From: an uncultured Solirubrobacterales bacterium
GTDB taxonomy: Bacteria; Actinomycetota; Thermoleophilia; Solirubrobacterales; 70-9
DNA: 64,000 nt
Reading direction: 5' to 3'
Assembly (NCBI GenBank): GCA_963849165.1
Contig: CAWKGJ010000003.1
Location: 252,018-316,017 of the forward strand
The first letter of the stretch is position 1; each line of letters opens with the position of its first letter. The notes beneath the pieces are model-generated. The model saw only the letters and a program-made list of their open reading frames with translations, did not search any database and was not told the origin of the DNA. Position numbers and translations under genes: made by a program. Shown one piece after another: positions 8,247 through 19,888 of the stretch.

Positions 8247-9433
8247 GACCAGCCGGGCTTTGCGAAGAGCGCCTGCACGTCGCCGATCCGGCGCTCGCGG
8301 AAGCCCGCCTCCGAGGAACAGAGGTAGAAGTCCCAGAGACGGCGGAAGCGCTCGTCGTAGCCGCGCGGGCGCAGCCGCTCCCAGGCGCCGAGGAAGCGCT
8401 CGCGCCAGGCCGCCAGGGTCGGCGGGTAGTGGGCGGTGATGTCCTCGAGCCAGACCTGGCGCAGGCTGGTGACGCGGGCGACGCAGTCGGTGATCGCCTC
8501 TTTCGAGGGCAGGCAGCCGCCGGGGAAGACGTGGGTGTTGGCGAAGCTGCGGGTGCCCTTCTCGGCCTCGTACATGGAGTCGTCGATCGTGATCGCCTGC
8601 AGCAGCATCAGCCCGTCGGGCGACAGCAGCCGGTCGCAGCGGCGGAAGAAGTCGTCGAAGTACTGCCAGCCGACCGCCTCGATCATCTCCACCGAGACCA
8701 GCCGGTCGTAGCTGCCGCGCAGGTCGCGGTAATCCTCCAGCAGCACCGTCACCCGGTCCTCCAGGCCGGCCTCGCGGACGCGGCGGCTGGCCAGCTCGTG
8801 CTGCTCGCCGGAGATCGTCGTCGTCGTCACCCGGCAGCCGTGCTCGCGGGCGGCGTGGACGGCGAGCCCGCCCCAGCCGCTGCCGATCTCCAGCAGGTGG
8901 TTGTCGCGGTCGAGCCGCAGCTGCCGGCAGATGCGGTTGAGCTTGGCGACCTGGGCTTCCTCGAGGCTGGCGCCGGGCCGGGGGAAGTAGGCGCACGAAT
9001 ACATCATCCGTTCGTCCAGGAAGGCGGCGAAGAGGTCGTTGCCGAGGTCGTAATGGGCGGAGATGTTGTTCCGAGCGCCCGTCCGCGTGTTCTCCGGCAC
9101 CAGCTGCCTCGCCCGGTGCAGGAGGCCGCGGGGGCGGGCGACGGCGCCGCGCAACCCGTCGAGATGACGCAGCTCGCGGGCGGCGATGCGGATCAGCGCG
9201 ACCAGATCGTCGGTCTCCCAGAGCCCGTCGACGTAGCCCTCGCCGAGGCCGACGCTGCCGTGCAGGGGCCCGCGCCAGGCGGCCGGGTCGTTGACGGTGA
9301 CGGTGGCGCGCAGGTCGGCGTCGGCGGGGCCGAAGGCGCGGCGGCGCCCGCCCTCGACGACCTCGATCCGGCCGTGGCGGACGCCGCGGCTCAGCACCGT
9401 CGAGACGGCGGCCCGGGCCAGAGCGTCCCTCAT
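8243..9433 (-). CDS. cfa: cyclopropane-fatty-acyl-phospholipid synthase-like SAM methyltransferase
   Basis: HYDLGNDLF, LLEIGSGWGG SAM motif, typical CFA-synthase C-terminus. Confidence 0.85.
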   Translation of the reverse strand: MRDALARAAVSTVLSRGVRHGRIEVVEGGRRRAFGPADADLRATVTVNDPAAWRGPLHGSVGLGEGYVDGLWETDDLVALIRIAARELRHLDGLRGAVARPRGLLHRARQLVPENTRTGARNNISAHYDLGNDLFAAFLDERMMYSCAYFPRPGASLEEAQVAKLNRICRQLRLDRDNHLLEIGSGWGGLAVHAAREHGCRVTTTTISGEQHELASRRVREAGLEDRVTVLLEDYRDLRGSYDRLVSVEMIEAVGWQYFDDFFRRCDRLLSPDGLMLLQAITIDDSMYEAEKGTRSFANTHVFPGGCLPSKEAITDCVARVTSLRQVWLEDITAHYPPTLAAWRERFLGAWERLRPRGYDERFRRLWDFYLCSSEAGFRERRIGDVQALFAKPGWS

Positions 9434-10209
9434 GGCGAGACGAACCCCTTGGGCTTCCTGCCCCGCGGGTGCGGGAAGTAGCGGGCGCCCTTCAGCTTCA
9501 GGCGCAGCGACTGGGCGTAGATCTTCGCGACCACCTGCAGCGACAGCGCCGGGTAGCGGGCCAGCAGCCGCGCCAGCAGCGACCGGCTCAGCTCGCGGCG
9601 GCGCAGCGAGAGGGTGGCGTCGAAGGACTTGCCGCCGCCGGCGCGCGGGCGCGACTCGATGTGGACGGCGAGGCGCTCGCCGGGCTCGCCGGCGCGGAAG
9701 GCGTAGGTCTGGTCCATCCCCATCAGCGGCGAGACGTGCAGGGCCTTGTCGAGCTCGTCGCTCAGCACCGGGCCCTCGCCGGAGCCACGGGCGAGGACGT
9801 AGGCGTGGCGCTCTCCCCAGGGGATGTTCTCGACATCGGCGACCACAGCTTCCACCCGCTCGCCGGCGCTGTCAAAGCAGTAGTAGAAGCTGACCGGGTT
9901 GAAGGAGTGGCCGAGGTAGCGCAGCCCGGCGAGCAGGCGCACCGGGCCGGCCGGGCGGCTGCCGGTCTCGGCCTCGACCGCGTCGCGAGCGCACTCGTCC
10001 AGCGGCCGAGCGGGGTCGCCCATGAAGTCCTCGCGGCGGAAGCGGGCCGGGGCCCGGCGCCGCGCCGACCACAGCGGATAGGGATCGAGGACGTCTGGCA
10101 GCTCGCCCAGGTCCAGGTACATGAGGAAGAGCCGGTAGCTGAACTCGTGCTCGACTGGCTCGAAGCGGCGGTGGCGGATCGTGCCCTCGTAGACGGCGGA
10201 GGCGGTCAC
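9430..10209 (-). CDS. DUF1365 family protein
   Basis: N-terminal HRRFEPVEHEFSYRLFLMYLDL signature; conserved partner of cfa. Confidence 0.8.
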   Translation of the reverse strand: MTASAVYEGTIRHRRFEPVEHEFSYRLFLMYLDLGELPDVLDPYPLWSARRRAPARFRREDFMGDPARPLDECARDAVEAETGSRPAGPVRLLAGLRYLGHSFNPVSFYYCFDSAGERVEAVVADVENIPWGERHAYVLARGSGEGPVLSDELDKALHVSPLMGMDQTYAFRAGEPGERLAVHIESRPRAGGGKSFDATLSLRRRELSRSLLARLLARYPALSLQVVAKIYAQSLRLKLKGARYFPHPRGRKPKGFVSP

Positions 10210-11534
10210 GCGGCCACCGCCTCCTCGTCCGCCGGGGGCGTGTCTGAGTTTGACGCCCCTATATGGCGGGCAACCTCAGACACGCCCCGGGCGGGACTGG
10301 ATCCGGGCGCGATCCCCGCGCAGGCCCGCAGGGCGCTGACGACGCCGTCCTCGTGGAAGCCCCAGCCCCAGTAGGCGCCGCAGTAGTGGGTGCGCCGCAC
10401 GCCGCTGATCTCGGCGTGGCGGGCCTGCGCGGCGACGCCCGCGGCGGTGTAGACCGGGTGCTCGTACTGGAAGCGCCGCAGCACCTTCGCCGGGTCGATC
10501 GCGTCGCCGCGGTTGAGCGTCAGCAGGTACTCGCGCTCGGCCCGCAGGCGTTGCAGGTTGTTCATCCAGTAGGTGACGGTGCTGCCGCGGGGCGGGCCAT
10601 CGGCGAGGTGGAAGTTCCAGCTCGACCAGGCGCTGCGGCGGCGCGGCAGCAGGGCGGTGTCGGTGTGGAGGACGGCCTCGTTGCGCTGGTAGGGGATCGC
10701 GCCGAGGATCTCCCGCTCCGGCTCGCTGGGATCGGCGAGCAGGGCCAGCGCCTGGTCGGAGTGGGTGGCGAGGACGACCTCGTCGAAGTCCTCGGTCTCG
10801 CAGCCCGCCGCCTCGATCCGCACCCGGTCCGGCAGCCGCTTGACCCGCCGCACCGGCGCCGCCAGCCGCACCCGCTCGCGCCAGGGCGCCGAGATCGCCT
10901 CGACGTAGCTGCGCGAGCCGCCCGCGACCGTCCGCCACTTGGGCCGATCGCGCAGGCTGTACATGCCGTGGTTGTCGAAGAACTCGGCCATGAAGCTGGC
11001 CGGGAAGCTCCACATCTGCTCCGGGTCCGCCGACCAGACCGCGGCGGCCTGCGGCACGATCAGGCGCTCGATGAAGTGCTGGGAGAAGCCCTGCTGCTCC
11101 AGCCAGTGCCCGAGCGAGGGCGCGGTCCCGTTCATCCCGATCAGCGCCCGCGCCTCGCGGTTGAAGCGGCGCCAGTCGCGCAGCATCCCCAGGAAGGAGG
11201 GGCTGACCAGGTGGGCGGGGCGGGCGAAGAGGCCCCAGGGGGTGCCGGCGTACTCGAAGCTGCCGCCGTCGGAGACCGAGAAGCCCATGTGCGAGCGCTG
11301 GCTGGCGACGCCGAGTTCCGCCAGCAGCGCTTCGAAGCGGGGGTAGTTGCGGTCGTTGAAGACGATGAAGCCGGTGTCGATCGCGTGCGTCCCGTCGTCG
11401 GCTTCGACCGCGACCGTGTTGGAGTGGCCGCCGAGCCGGGCGGCCGCCTCGTAGACGACGATCTCGTGCTCAGGGTGCAGCCTGTGGGCAGCAACCATTC
11501 CCGCCACTCCGGTTCCGACTATCGCGATTCTCAT
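10206..11534 (-). CDS. NAD(P)/FAD-dependent oxidoreductase (amine-oxidase-like)
   Basis: N-terminal dinucleotide fold MRIAIVGTGVAGMVAA; operon partner of DUF1365 and cfa. Confidence 0.8.
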   Translation of the reverse strand: MRIAIVGTGVAGMVAAHRLHPEHEIVVYEAAARLGGHSNTVAVEADDGTHAIDTGFIVFNDRNYPRFEALLAELGVASQRSHMGFSVSDGGSFEYAGTPWGLFARPAHLVSPSFLGMLRDWRRFNREARALIGMNGTAPSLGHWLEQQGFSQHFIERLIVPQAAAVWSADPEQMWSFPASFMAEFFDNHGMYSLRDRPKWRTVAGGSRSYVEAISAPWRERVRLAAPVRRVKRLPDRVRIEAAGCETEDFDEVVLATHSDQALALLADPSEPEREILGAIPYQRNEAVLHTDTALLPRRRSAWSSWNFHLADGPPRGSTVTYWMNNLQRLRAEREYLLTLNRGDAIDPAKVLRRFQYEHPVYTAAGVAAQARHAEISGVRRTHYCGAYWGWGFHEDGVVSALRACAGIAPGSSPARGVSEVARHIGASNSDTPPADEEAVAA

Positions 11535-11795
11535 CGCTGACGAGTACGAAGCTGGGCGGAGAACGGTTGCATCGGATCCCCTTACCGCTACCCGATCGGC
11601 GAGCGTCCCAGCCGTGATCCCGGAGAGGCGGTTCCGCTCGGGTACCCCGACGGCCGACGAATTCGCGCATCGCAGCGCGATCGGCGCTACGGTCTTGACT
11701 GTGATCGCGACGCTCGCGCAGTTGCCCTCCGCCGCCGCCGAAACCGGCGGGGCCGGGCGGCACCGCGCCTACGAGATCAGGCTGGGTCCCGCCCC

Positions 11796-12884
11796 TTGAG
11801 CAGGCGCCCGGCGGGGGCGCTTGCGGGCATAGCCATGATCCTTCTCCTCGCGGCCCCCGCCGCGGCGGAGACGCAGCCGCCGGAGCAGCAGCGCGCGGCC
11901 TTCGCGGTGCCGCGCCCGGCGGTGCCGCTGCGCGACGTCGTCCGCGAGGCGCCGGGGGCCGCGGGTGCGCGGATCGCCGCGCTGGCCTCGAGCCAGCGCT
12001 ACCCGCTCAACGACGGCAGCGGCGACTCGATCGTCGTCAACGTCAGCGCCGCCTGCCAGGAGGAGTGCGACGCGGCCGACCCGCAGGCGATCGCCGGCAC
12101 CATCGCCACCTTCATCCACGGGGCCGAGGTCAATCTGCTCACCGTCCAGCTCGACACCCCGTTCGAGCTCGGCTTCGACTGCGGCTTCGACGCCCAGGCC
12201 TGTTACTTCAGCGGCGACGACAAGATCGTGATCTCCGGCGACGCCGCCCTGGGGCCCGACAGCGCCAGCCGTGAGTTCGTGCTCGCCCACGAGTACGGCC
12301 ACCACGTCGCCCAGCATCGCGACATGCCCGCCCCCTTCCCGGCCGCGATCGACTGGGGGACGGAGCGCTGGTCGAGCGTCGAGAACGTCTGCGAGGGCCA
12401 GCGCGACGGCGCTCTCTTCCCCGGCGACGAGGGCGGCCACTACTACGAGGATCCGGGCGAGGCGTTCGCCGAGGCCTTCGCCTTCAACCGTTTTCCCGAG
12501 GCGGCGGTGGAGTGGGCCTGGTCGCCGGCGCTGCGGCCGGGCGGCGCCTCCCTGCGGGCCCTGCGCCGGGACACCCTGAAGCCCTGGCTGGGCCGCCACA
12601 GCTTCACGGTCTCCGGGCGGGTGCCGCGCCGGGGGACCGTCGTCAAGGAGTTCCGCACACCGCTCGACGGCAAGGTCAGCATCGGCCCGGCGGGGGACCC
12701 CGGCCTCGGCTACGAGCTGGCGATCCGCAACAGCGTCGGCAGGACGCTGCGCTCCTCGCGGGAGGGCGTCTCCCGCCGCCACCGCCTCGACTACACCGTC
12801 TGCGGCCAGTCCCGGCTGCGGGTCGCGGTGCGCGCGATCGGCCCGGCCGGCAGGCCTTACGAGCTGACGATCCAGCGGCCGTGA
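11796..12884 (+). CDS. secreted protein with HExxH zinc-peptidase-like motif
   Basis: Signal peptide LAGIAMILLLAAPAAAE; FVLAHEYGHHVAQH motif. Confidence 0.55.
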   Translation: MSRRPAGALAGIAMILLLAAPAAAETQPPEQQRAAFAVPRPAVPLRDVVREAPGAAGARIAALASSQRYPLNDGSGDSIVVNVSAACQEECDAADPQAIAGTIATFIHGAEVNLLTVQLDTPFELGFDCGFDAQACYFSGDDKIVISGDAALGPDSASREFVLAHEYGHHVAQHRDMPAPFPAAIDWGTERWSSVENVCEGQRDGALFPGDEGGHYYEDPGEAFAEAFAFNRFPEAAVEWAWSPALRPGGASLRALRRDTLKPWLGRHSFTVSGRVPRRGTVVKEFRTPLDGKVSIGPAGDPGLGYELAIRNSVGRTLRSSREGVSRRHRLDYTVCGQSRLRVAVRAIGPAGRPYELTIQRP

Positions 12885-12885
12885 G

Positions 12886-13734
12886 TCAGGCGATCTGGGT
12901 CTCGAGCCGGCCCAGGGTGGGGGACTCGATGACGATCTCGTCGCCGGGGGCGAGCCAGACGCGTGGTTGGCGGACGCTGCCGACCCCGTCGGGGGTGCCG
13001 GTGGAGACGACGTCGCCCGGCTCCAGGGTCATCAGCCGCGAGAGGTGGGAGAGCAGGGCGGGCACGCCGAAGATCAGGTCCGCGGTCGAGGCGCCCTGCA
13101 TCTGCTCGCCGTTCAGGGTCAGGCGGATCTCGATCCCGTCGTGCGGCCCGGCCTCGTCGGGGGTGACCAGCGCCGGCCCGCAGGGGGCGGAGCCGTCGAA
13201 GACCTTGCCGGACATCCACTGCGGGGTGGAGAACTGCAGGTCGCGGGCGGAGAGGTCGTTGAGCAGCGTGTAGCCGGCGAGGTAGTCGAGCGCCTCGGCC
13301 TCCTCGACGTCCTTGGCGCGGCGGCCGACGACGAAGGCGACCTCGGCCTCGTAGTCGACCTTGCGGCTGTTGGCCGGGAGCTGGACCGTGGCCCCTGGCG
13401 CGGCGAGCGCGTTGCGGTACTTGGCGAAGATCGTCGGGCTGTCGGGGACCTCCATGCCGCCCTCGGCCGCGTGCTTGCCGTAGTTGAGGCCGATGCAGAC
13501 GATCTTGTCGGGATCGGGGATGGGAGGGAGGAGCGAGACGGCGGAGCGGGGATGCGACGGCGCCCCGGTGTCCCCGAGCCGCCCTCGCAGCTCGTCGATC
13601 CGTCCGGCGGCGATCAGCTCCCGCAGCCCGGCCCGGTGTGGCTCCCCGAGCAGGGCCCAGGCGTCGACGACGCGGTCGTCCTCGAGCACCCCGGCCCGCG
13701 CCCCGTCGCCCGCCTCAAAGCTGACCAGCCTCAT
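12886..13734 (-). CDS. fumarylacetoacetate hydrolase (FAH) family protein
   Basis: IVCIGLNYGKHAAE, VDYEAEVAFVVG, GYTLLNDLSARDLQ family motifs. Confidence 0.85.
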   Translation of the reverse strand: MRLVSFEAGDGARAGVLEDDRVVDAWALLGEPHRAGLRELIAAGRIDELRGRLGDTGAPSHPRSAVSLLPPIPDPDKIVCIGLNYGKHAAEGGMEVPDSPTIFAKYRNALAAPGATVQLPANSRKVDYEAEVAFVVGRRAKDVEEAEALDYLAGYTLLNDLSARDLQFSTPQWMSGKVFDGSAPCGPALVTPDEAGPHDGIEIRLTLNGEQMQGASTADLIFGVPALLSHLSRLMTLEPGDVVSTGTPDGVGSVRQPRVWLAPGDEIVIESPTLGRLETQIA

Positions 13735-13765
13735 GGCGGGCAGCCTAGGCGATGCGGGGGGGCTC

Positions 13766-14062
13766 TCAGCGGCTGTGGAGCAGACGCCCGACCGCCCCCA
13801 TCATCTCCTCGGCCAGCTGCTCGCGGTCCTCGGGCTTCTCGGCGCCGACCACGCAGTGGCGGGAGTGGTCGCTGAGCAGGGCGAGGGAGACCTTGTCGAG
13901 CGCCGCCTGCACGGCGGCGATCTGGGTGAGGATGTCGATGCAGTAGCGCTCCTCGTCGACCATGCGCTCGAGGCCGCCGACCTGGCCCGAGATCCGCCGC
14001 AGGCGGTTCTTGACCTTGTCCTTGTCGTCTATGTAGCCGGGGTGCTGCGGGTGCTCGGCCAT
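13766..14062 (-). CDS. csoR: CsoR-family copper-sensing transcriptional repressor
   Basis: LRRISGQVGGLERMV...YCIDILTQIAAVQAAL...HSRHC with the CsoR Cys/His ligand pattern. Confidence 0.85.
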   Translation of the reverse strand: MAEHPQHPGYIDDKDKVKNRLRRISGQVGGLERMVDEERYCIDILTQIAAVQAALDKVSLALLSDHSRHCVVGAEKPEDREQLAEEMMGAVGRLLHSR

Positions 14063-14103
14063 CTGGCTCCTCTCGGGGGGTCCGGGGTCCGGTGCCAGAG
14101 ATC

Positions 14104-14156
14104 ATACCCTATAGGGGTATATGCTACTCTGACGAGAGATACCCCCTACCCGTATC
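14104..14156. promoter_or_regulatory. two CsoR-type operator pseudo-palindromes
   Basis: ATACCCTATAGGGGTAT (14104-14120) and GATACCCCCTACCCGTATC (14138-14156) between csoR and the cop genes. Confidence 0.55.
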
Positions 14157-14172
14157 GAAAGGTCGGTTCCGG

Positions 14173-15047
14173 ATGAACCCTCGGGCGCGCGTCTCCCTCT
14201 TTCTCGTCGGGCTGGCGGCCGTGCTGGTCGCCGGCTTCGGGATCGGCTCGATCGTCGAGCCGGCCGAGACCGAGTCGGGGGCACATGGCGAGGCGAGTAC
14301 CCATGGCGGGGAGGCCGAGATGTCCGCGCACGACGACCACCAGGCGGAGCCGACGCCGCCGGCCGGCCTCGCCGTCTCCGCGGGCGGCTACTCGCTGCGC
14401 CTCGAGCGGGCCTTCGCCGGCACGGGGGAAGCCGGGAAGCTGCGCTTTCGGATCGAGGACGCCCACGGCGAGTCGGTCCGCGACTACGACCGCCTGCACG
14501 AGCGCGAGATGCACCTGATCGTCGTCCGCCGCGACGGCGCCCACTTCCAGCACCTGCACCCCGAGCTCGACGCCGCCGGAACCTGGAGCACGCCGCTGAC
14601 CCTGCCCGCCGCCGGCGCCTACCGCGTCTTCGCCGACTTCGCCGCGGGCGGCGAGGACCACACCCTGGCGACCGACCTCTTCGCCGCGGGCTCCTTCCGG
14701 CCGCGGCCCTTCCCGGCGCCGGCGCCGGTCGACGCGGTCGCCGGCTACGAGGTCCGCCTCGCCGACGACGCGCCTCGGGCAGGGGAGGCCTCGCCGCTGC
14801 GCTTCGCCGTCAGCCGCGACGGCGCCGAGGTCACCGGCCTCCAGCGCTACCTCGGCGCCAAGGGCCACCTGGTCGCGCTGCGCGAGGGCGACCTCGCCTT
14901 CCTCCACGTCCACCCGGTCGAGACGGGCGCGGCGAACGTCATCCCCTTCAGCGGGCACTTTCCGACCCCCGGCCGCTACCGCCTCTACCTCCAGTTCAAG
15001 CACGAGGGCCAGGTGCGGACGGTCGAGTTCACGGTCGAGGTGGAGCG

Positions 15048-15051
<4 letters not shown>
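14173..15051 (+). CDS. membrane-anchored His-rich protein of the copper-resistance operon
   Basis: N-terminal TM helix, His-rich segment HGEASTHGGEAEMSAHDDH, two repeated beta-rich halves; stop overlaps copA start; ATG 14173 preferred over GTG 14092. Confidence 0.6.
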
Positions 15052-17291
<2,240 letters not shown>

Positions 17292-17361
17292 TCCCTCCAG
17301 CGCCTGGTACCCGCTAGATTTCGCAGCCGGGCCGCCACGACTGGCCCATCCGAGCTCTCTC

Positions 17362-17440
<79 letters not shown>

Positions 17441-17629
17441 CGCTTCTCGCTTTCTAGGGCCAAAACCCCCACCCCTGAAGCCGGGGGTCACGGCGCTGCT
17501 CCGAACGCTGTCCGAACGTTTGGGGGTCTACTGGCACCTGGCGAAGCTCGTTGATGGCGATCTGATCGAGCTCGTATGCACCAAACAGGGCCGCGGCAAT
17601 GCGGAGAAGTTCTACAGGGCGGTGCGCTC

Positions 17630-17935
17630 GTGAGCACGCTCAAGCGCAAATACGCGCTGCGCCGCCTCGAGGCGGGCGACTACCTGCTGATCGGCAACGA
17701 CGACGTGACGCTCTGGCGGATCTCCCGCTACGAGGACGGCCCGAGCCATGGCCTAAAGGATTGGCCGAGGGACCGCATGGTCTGGGGCCTGCGGAAATGG
17801 GAGACGCCTGTCGTTCTCGGCGAGACGGCGATCGAACTCGAAAACTGGGATCGGTGGGAGTTCTGGGAGGGCACGTTCGACACGCGCCAAGAAGCGATCG
17901 ACACTGCTTGTCGAGGGGCCACCGATGCCCACTAG
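17630..17935 (+). CDS. hypothetical phage protein
   Basis: ORF 17576-17935; GTG 17630 overlaps an upstream stop (GTGA); Trp-rich, no recognised domain. Confidence 0.5.
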   Translation: MSTLKRKYALRRLEAGDYLLIGNDDVTLWRISRYEDGPSHGLKDWPRDRMVWGLRKWETPVVLGETAIELENWDRWEFWEGTFDTRQEAIDTACRGATDAH

Positions 17936-18512
17936 CGTTGACGAGGGCGTGGGGAGTCGAGGCGGCAACGTCCGCACCCTGGACGAGGCCCGAGACGTAC
18001 AGGTCGAGGTCAAAGCCAAACGCGACTGGGCCGGAGCAATCGATGAGCAGATCGCCCGCACGCTCCTCGCCACCGGCGCCTTCCACGCCGATGACCTGGA
18101 CGAGCTTTGCGTCCCACCCGAGCACGCGAACACCAAAGGCCTTCGCATCGGCTCCTTCTCCCAGCGCAAGCTCATGGAATCCACGGGCGTCTACAGGACG
18201 GTCTCCCACGCTGCCGCCAATGCGAGGAAGGCGCCGGTGTATCGGATCACCAAGAAGGGACGCCGGGAGCTGTCGAAGCTCGTCGGGGTCAGTGCAGAGG
18301 GCGCCAGGGAGCCGGGGCCGATGCCCGACGTGGCTCCTGATGGTCATCGGGCCAGCGCTCGCTGCACTGATTCGGGCGATAACGGCGCAGGTGTCTCGGA
18401 GTCCGTAAGGCCCGAGGAGGTCCCGACTGTCGACCTCGAGAGCGCCAGTGCTGCTTCGCCCGAGACCCTGTCCCTACTCCCTGAGCCCGACCCGGAAGCG
18501 TGGGCGGCGTGA
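17925..18512 (+). CDS. hypothetical phage protein
   Basis: 195-aa ORF co-directional with early operon. Confidence 0.5.
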   Translation: MPTSVDEGVGSRGGNVRTLDEARDVQVEVKAKRDWAGAIDEQIARTLLATGAFHADDLDELCVPPEHANTKGLRIGSFSQRKLMESTGVYRTVSHAAANARKAPVYRITKKGRRELSKLVGVSAEGAREPGPMPDVAPDGHRASARCTDSGDNGAGVSESVRPEEVPTVDLESASAASPETLSLLPEPDPEAWAA

Positions 18513-18540
18513 GCAATCAATCCCCTACCAGGAGAGATAC

Positions 18541-19170
18541 GTGAGCACGAAAACGAAACCAAAAGCAGCAAGTGGGGAGGCGGCATCCAAACCTCCGGCC
18601 GAAGAGTTCTGGGCGCGTATCGACTCACGGTGCAAGCCCAGTAAGGCCGTGTCTCGGGATGCGATGATGTGGCCGGTTCTGACGAACGGCCACATCTCTC
18701 ATGAGAAGGGCGGCAGTTACCTCTACTGCTCCGACTCCTACATGCTCGCGGCCATCCCGATTCAGATGGACTGCCCGTCAGAGGATCGCGCGAAGCTACT
18801 CCCGGAAGGTGCCCTGATCCCAGAGGCGCTGAGATCACTCGACAAATCGCCAACCGGAAAATTCCGAGTGAGGGATGGCCTGGTTGAGGTCGACGGGGAT
18901 CGGGCTCTTTACCCCGTCGCCCCCGACGAAGGCAAGCCGCCGAAATTTCGCGAGCTGTTTCCCACGCCTAAGTCAGAACCGGACGACGGCAACGCCATCC
19001 CACAGATCGGGTTCAACCCCGACCTCCTCAAACGCCTTTGCGAAGCCTTGGGGGTGAACGGAGCCGGGGTGGCCTTGAAGTTCATCGCACCCCTCCGCCC
19101 GATCCGAGTTGAAGTTCTCAGCGGGGTGCCCGGCGAAGGCATGTTGATGCCCATCAGGCTCAACATATGA
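18541..19170 (+). CDS. sliding-clamp (DnaN beta)-like protein, two-domain size
   Basis: GTG 18541 after SD AGGAGA; CSDSYMLAAIP resembles ATDGHRLA; C-terminus FNPDLLKRLCEAL...GMLMPIRL matches the DnaN end (LLMPxRL). Confidence 0.5.
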   Translation: MSTKTKPKAASGEAASKPPAEEFWARIDSRCKPSKAVSRDAMMWPVLTNGHISHEKGGSYLYCSDSYMLAAIPIQMDCPSEDRAKLLPEGALIPEALRSLDKSPTGKFRVRDGLVEVDGDRALYPVAPDEGKPPKFRELFPTPKSEPDDGNAIPQIGFNPDLLKRLCEALGVNGAGVALKFIAPLRPIRVEVLSGVPGEGMLMPIRLNI

Positions 19171-19424
19171 GCGCCACGAAGGCAAAGGCGCCAAATCCCC
19201 GCCTGACGGGGGGGGTTCAGCTTGCCGAGGGCCAACACTGGGAGTTCGTAAACCCGGGTCGCGAGACCGGCGAGTACGTACTGAAGCGCTTCGACCGCGA
19301 GGGCCGCTACGGCTCGGCACATCTCCGCAATCTCAAAACGGACGCCGTCGCTTCGATCACGGCAGCTTGGCTGATCGAAGGCAAACGTCCCTCGGCCCGT
19401 TGCTACTGGCGGCTCGCTGACTAA
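19167..19424 (+). CDS. hypothetical phage protein
   Basis: 85-aa ORF, ATGA overlap with upstream gene. Confidence 0.5.
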   Translation: MSATKAKAPNPRLTGGVQLAEGQHWEFVNPGRETGEYVLKRFDREGRYGSAHLRNLKTDAVASITAAWLIEGKRPSARCYWRLAD

Positions 19425-19510
19425 TGCCGACGCTGTTCAACTTCGACTCCCCGAGGGCGGCGTAGGTGCCATGGCTACTCGTACACAGGACGGGACGGGT
19501 TTGATCCCCA

Positions 19511-19888
19511 ATGGTCTGGGCGAAATTCGACGACTCGTTTCACTCGCACCCGAAAGTGCGCGAAGCCTGGTACCGGTGCTCGGCTTCCATCGGCCTGCAT
19601 GTGATCGCGACGACCTATGCGGCCGATCACGAAACGGACGGTGCCGTACCTGCCTGGTTCGTCGCCGGCTTATTCCAGAAGCCCAAGGAGATGCAGGCGG
19701 CGGTGTCCGCCCTGGTCGAGCTGGGCATGTGGGAGAAGCGAGCCGACGAGTTCGTGATCCACGACTTCTTGGACTACCACCCTTCAAAGGAGGAGTTAGA
19801 CGAGAAGCGTGCCGCCGACGCGAAGCGCAAGAGAGAGGCGCGCGAAAAGAAGGAACGCGAAGAGGCCGAACTCCAGGAGGCGGCGTGA
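19511..19888 (+). CDS. hypothetical phage protein with Lys/Glu-rich tail
   Basis: 125-aa ORF; globular N-part, charged C-terminus. Confidence 0.55.
   Translation: MVWAKFDDSFHSHPKVREAWYRCSASIGLHVIATTYAADHETDGAVPAWFVAGLFQKPKEMQAAVSALVELGMWEKRADEFVIHDFLDYHPSKEELDEKRAADAKRKREAREKKEREEAELQEAA

Noticed and set aside
11614-11799. 61-aa ORF upstream of the HExxH protein with a signal-peptide-like stretch ending AAAE, possibly a frameshifted N-terminus
   Set aside because: It is in a different frame from 11796-12884, which has its own signal peptide. I saw no slippery site or evidence of a sequencing error.
14104-14156. The csoR/copA operators as something unusual
   Set aside because: They match the well-known CsoR GC-rich pseudo-palindrome type. 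I recorded them as a feature only.
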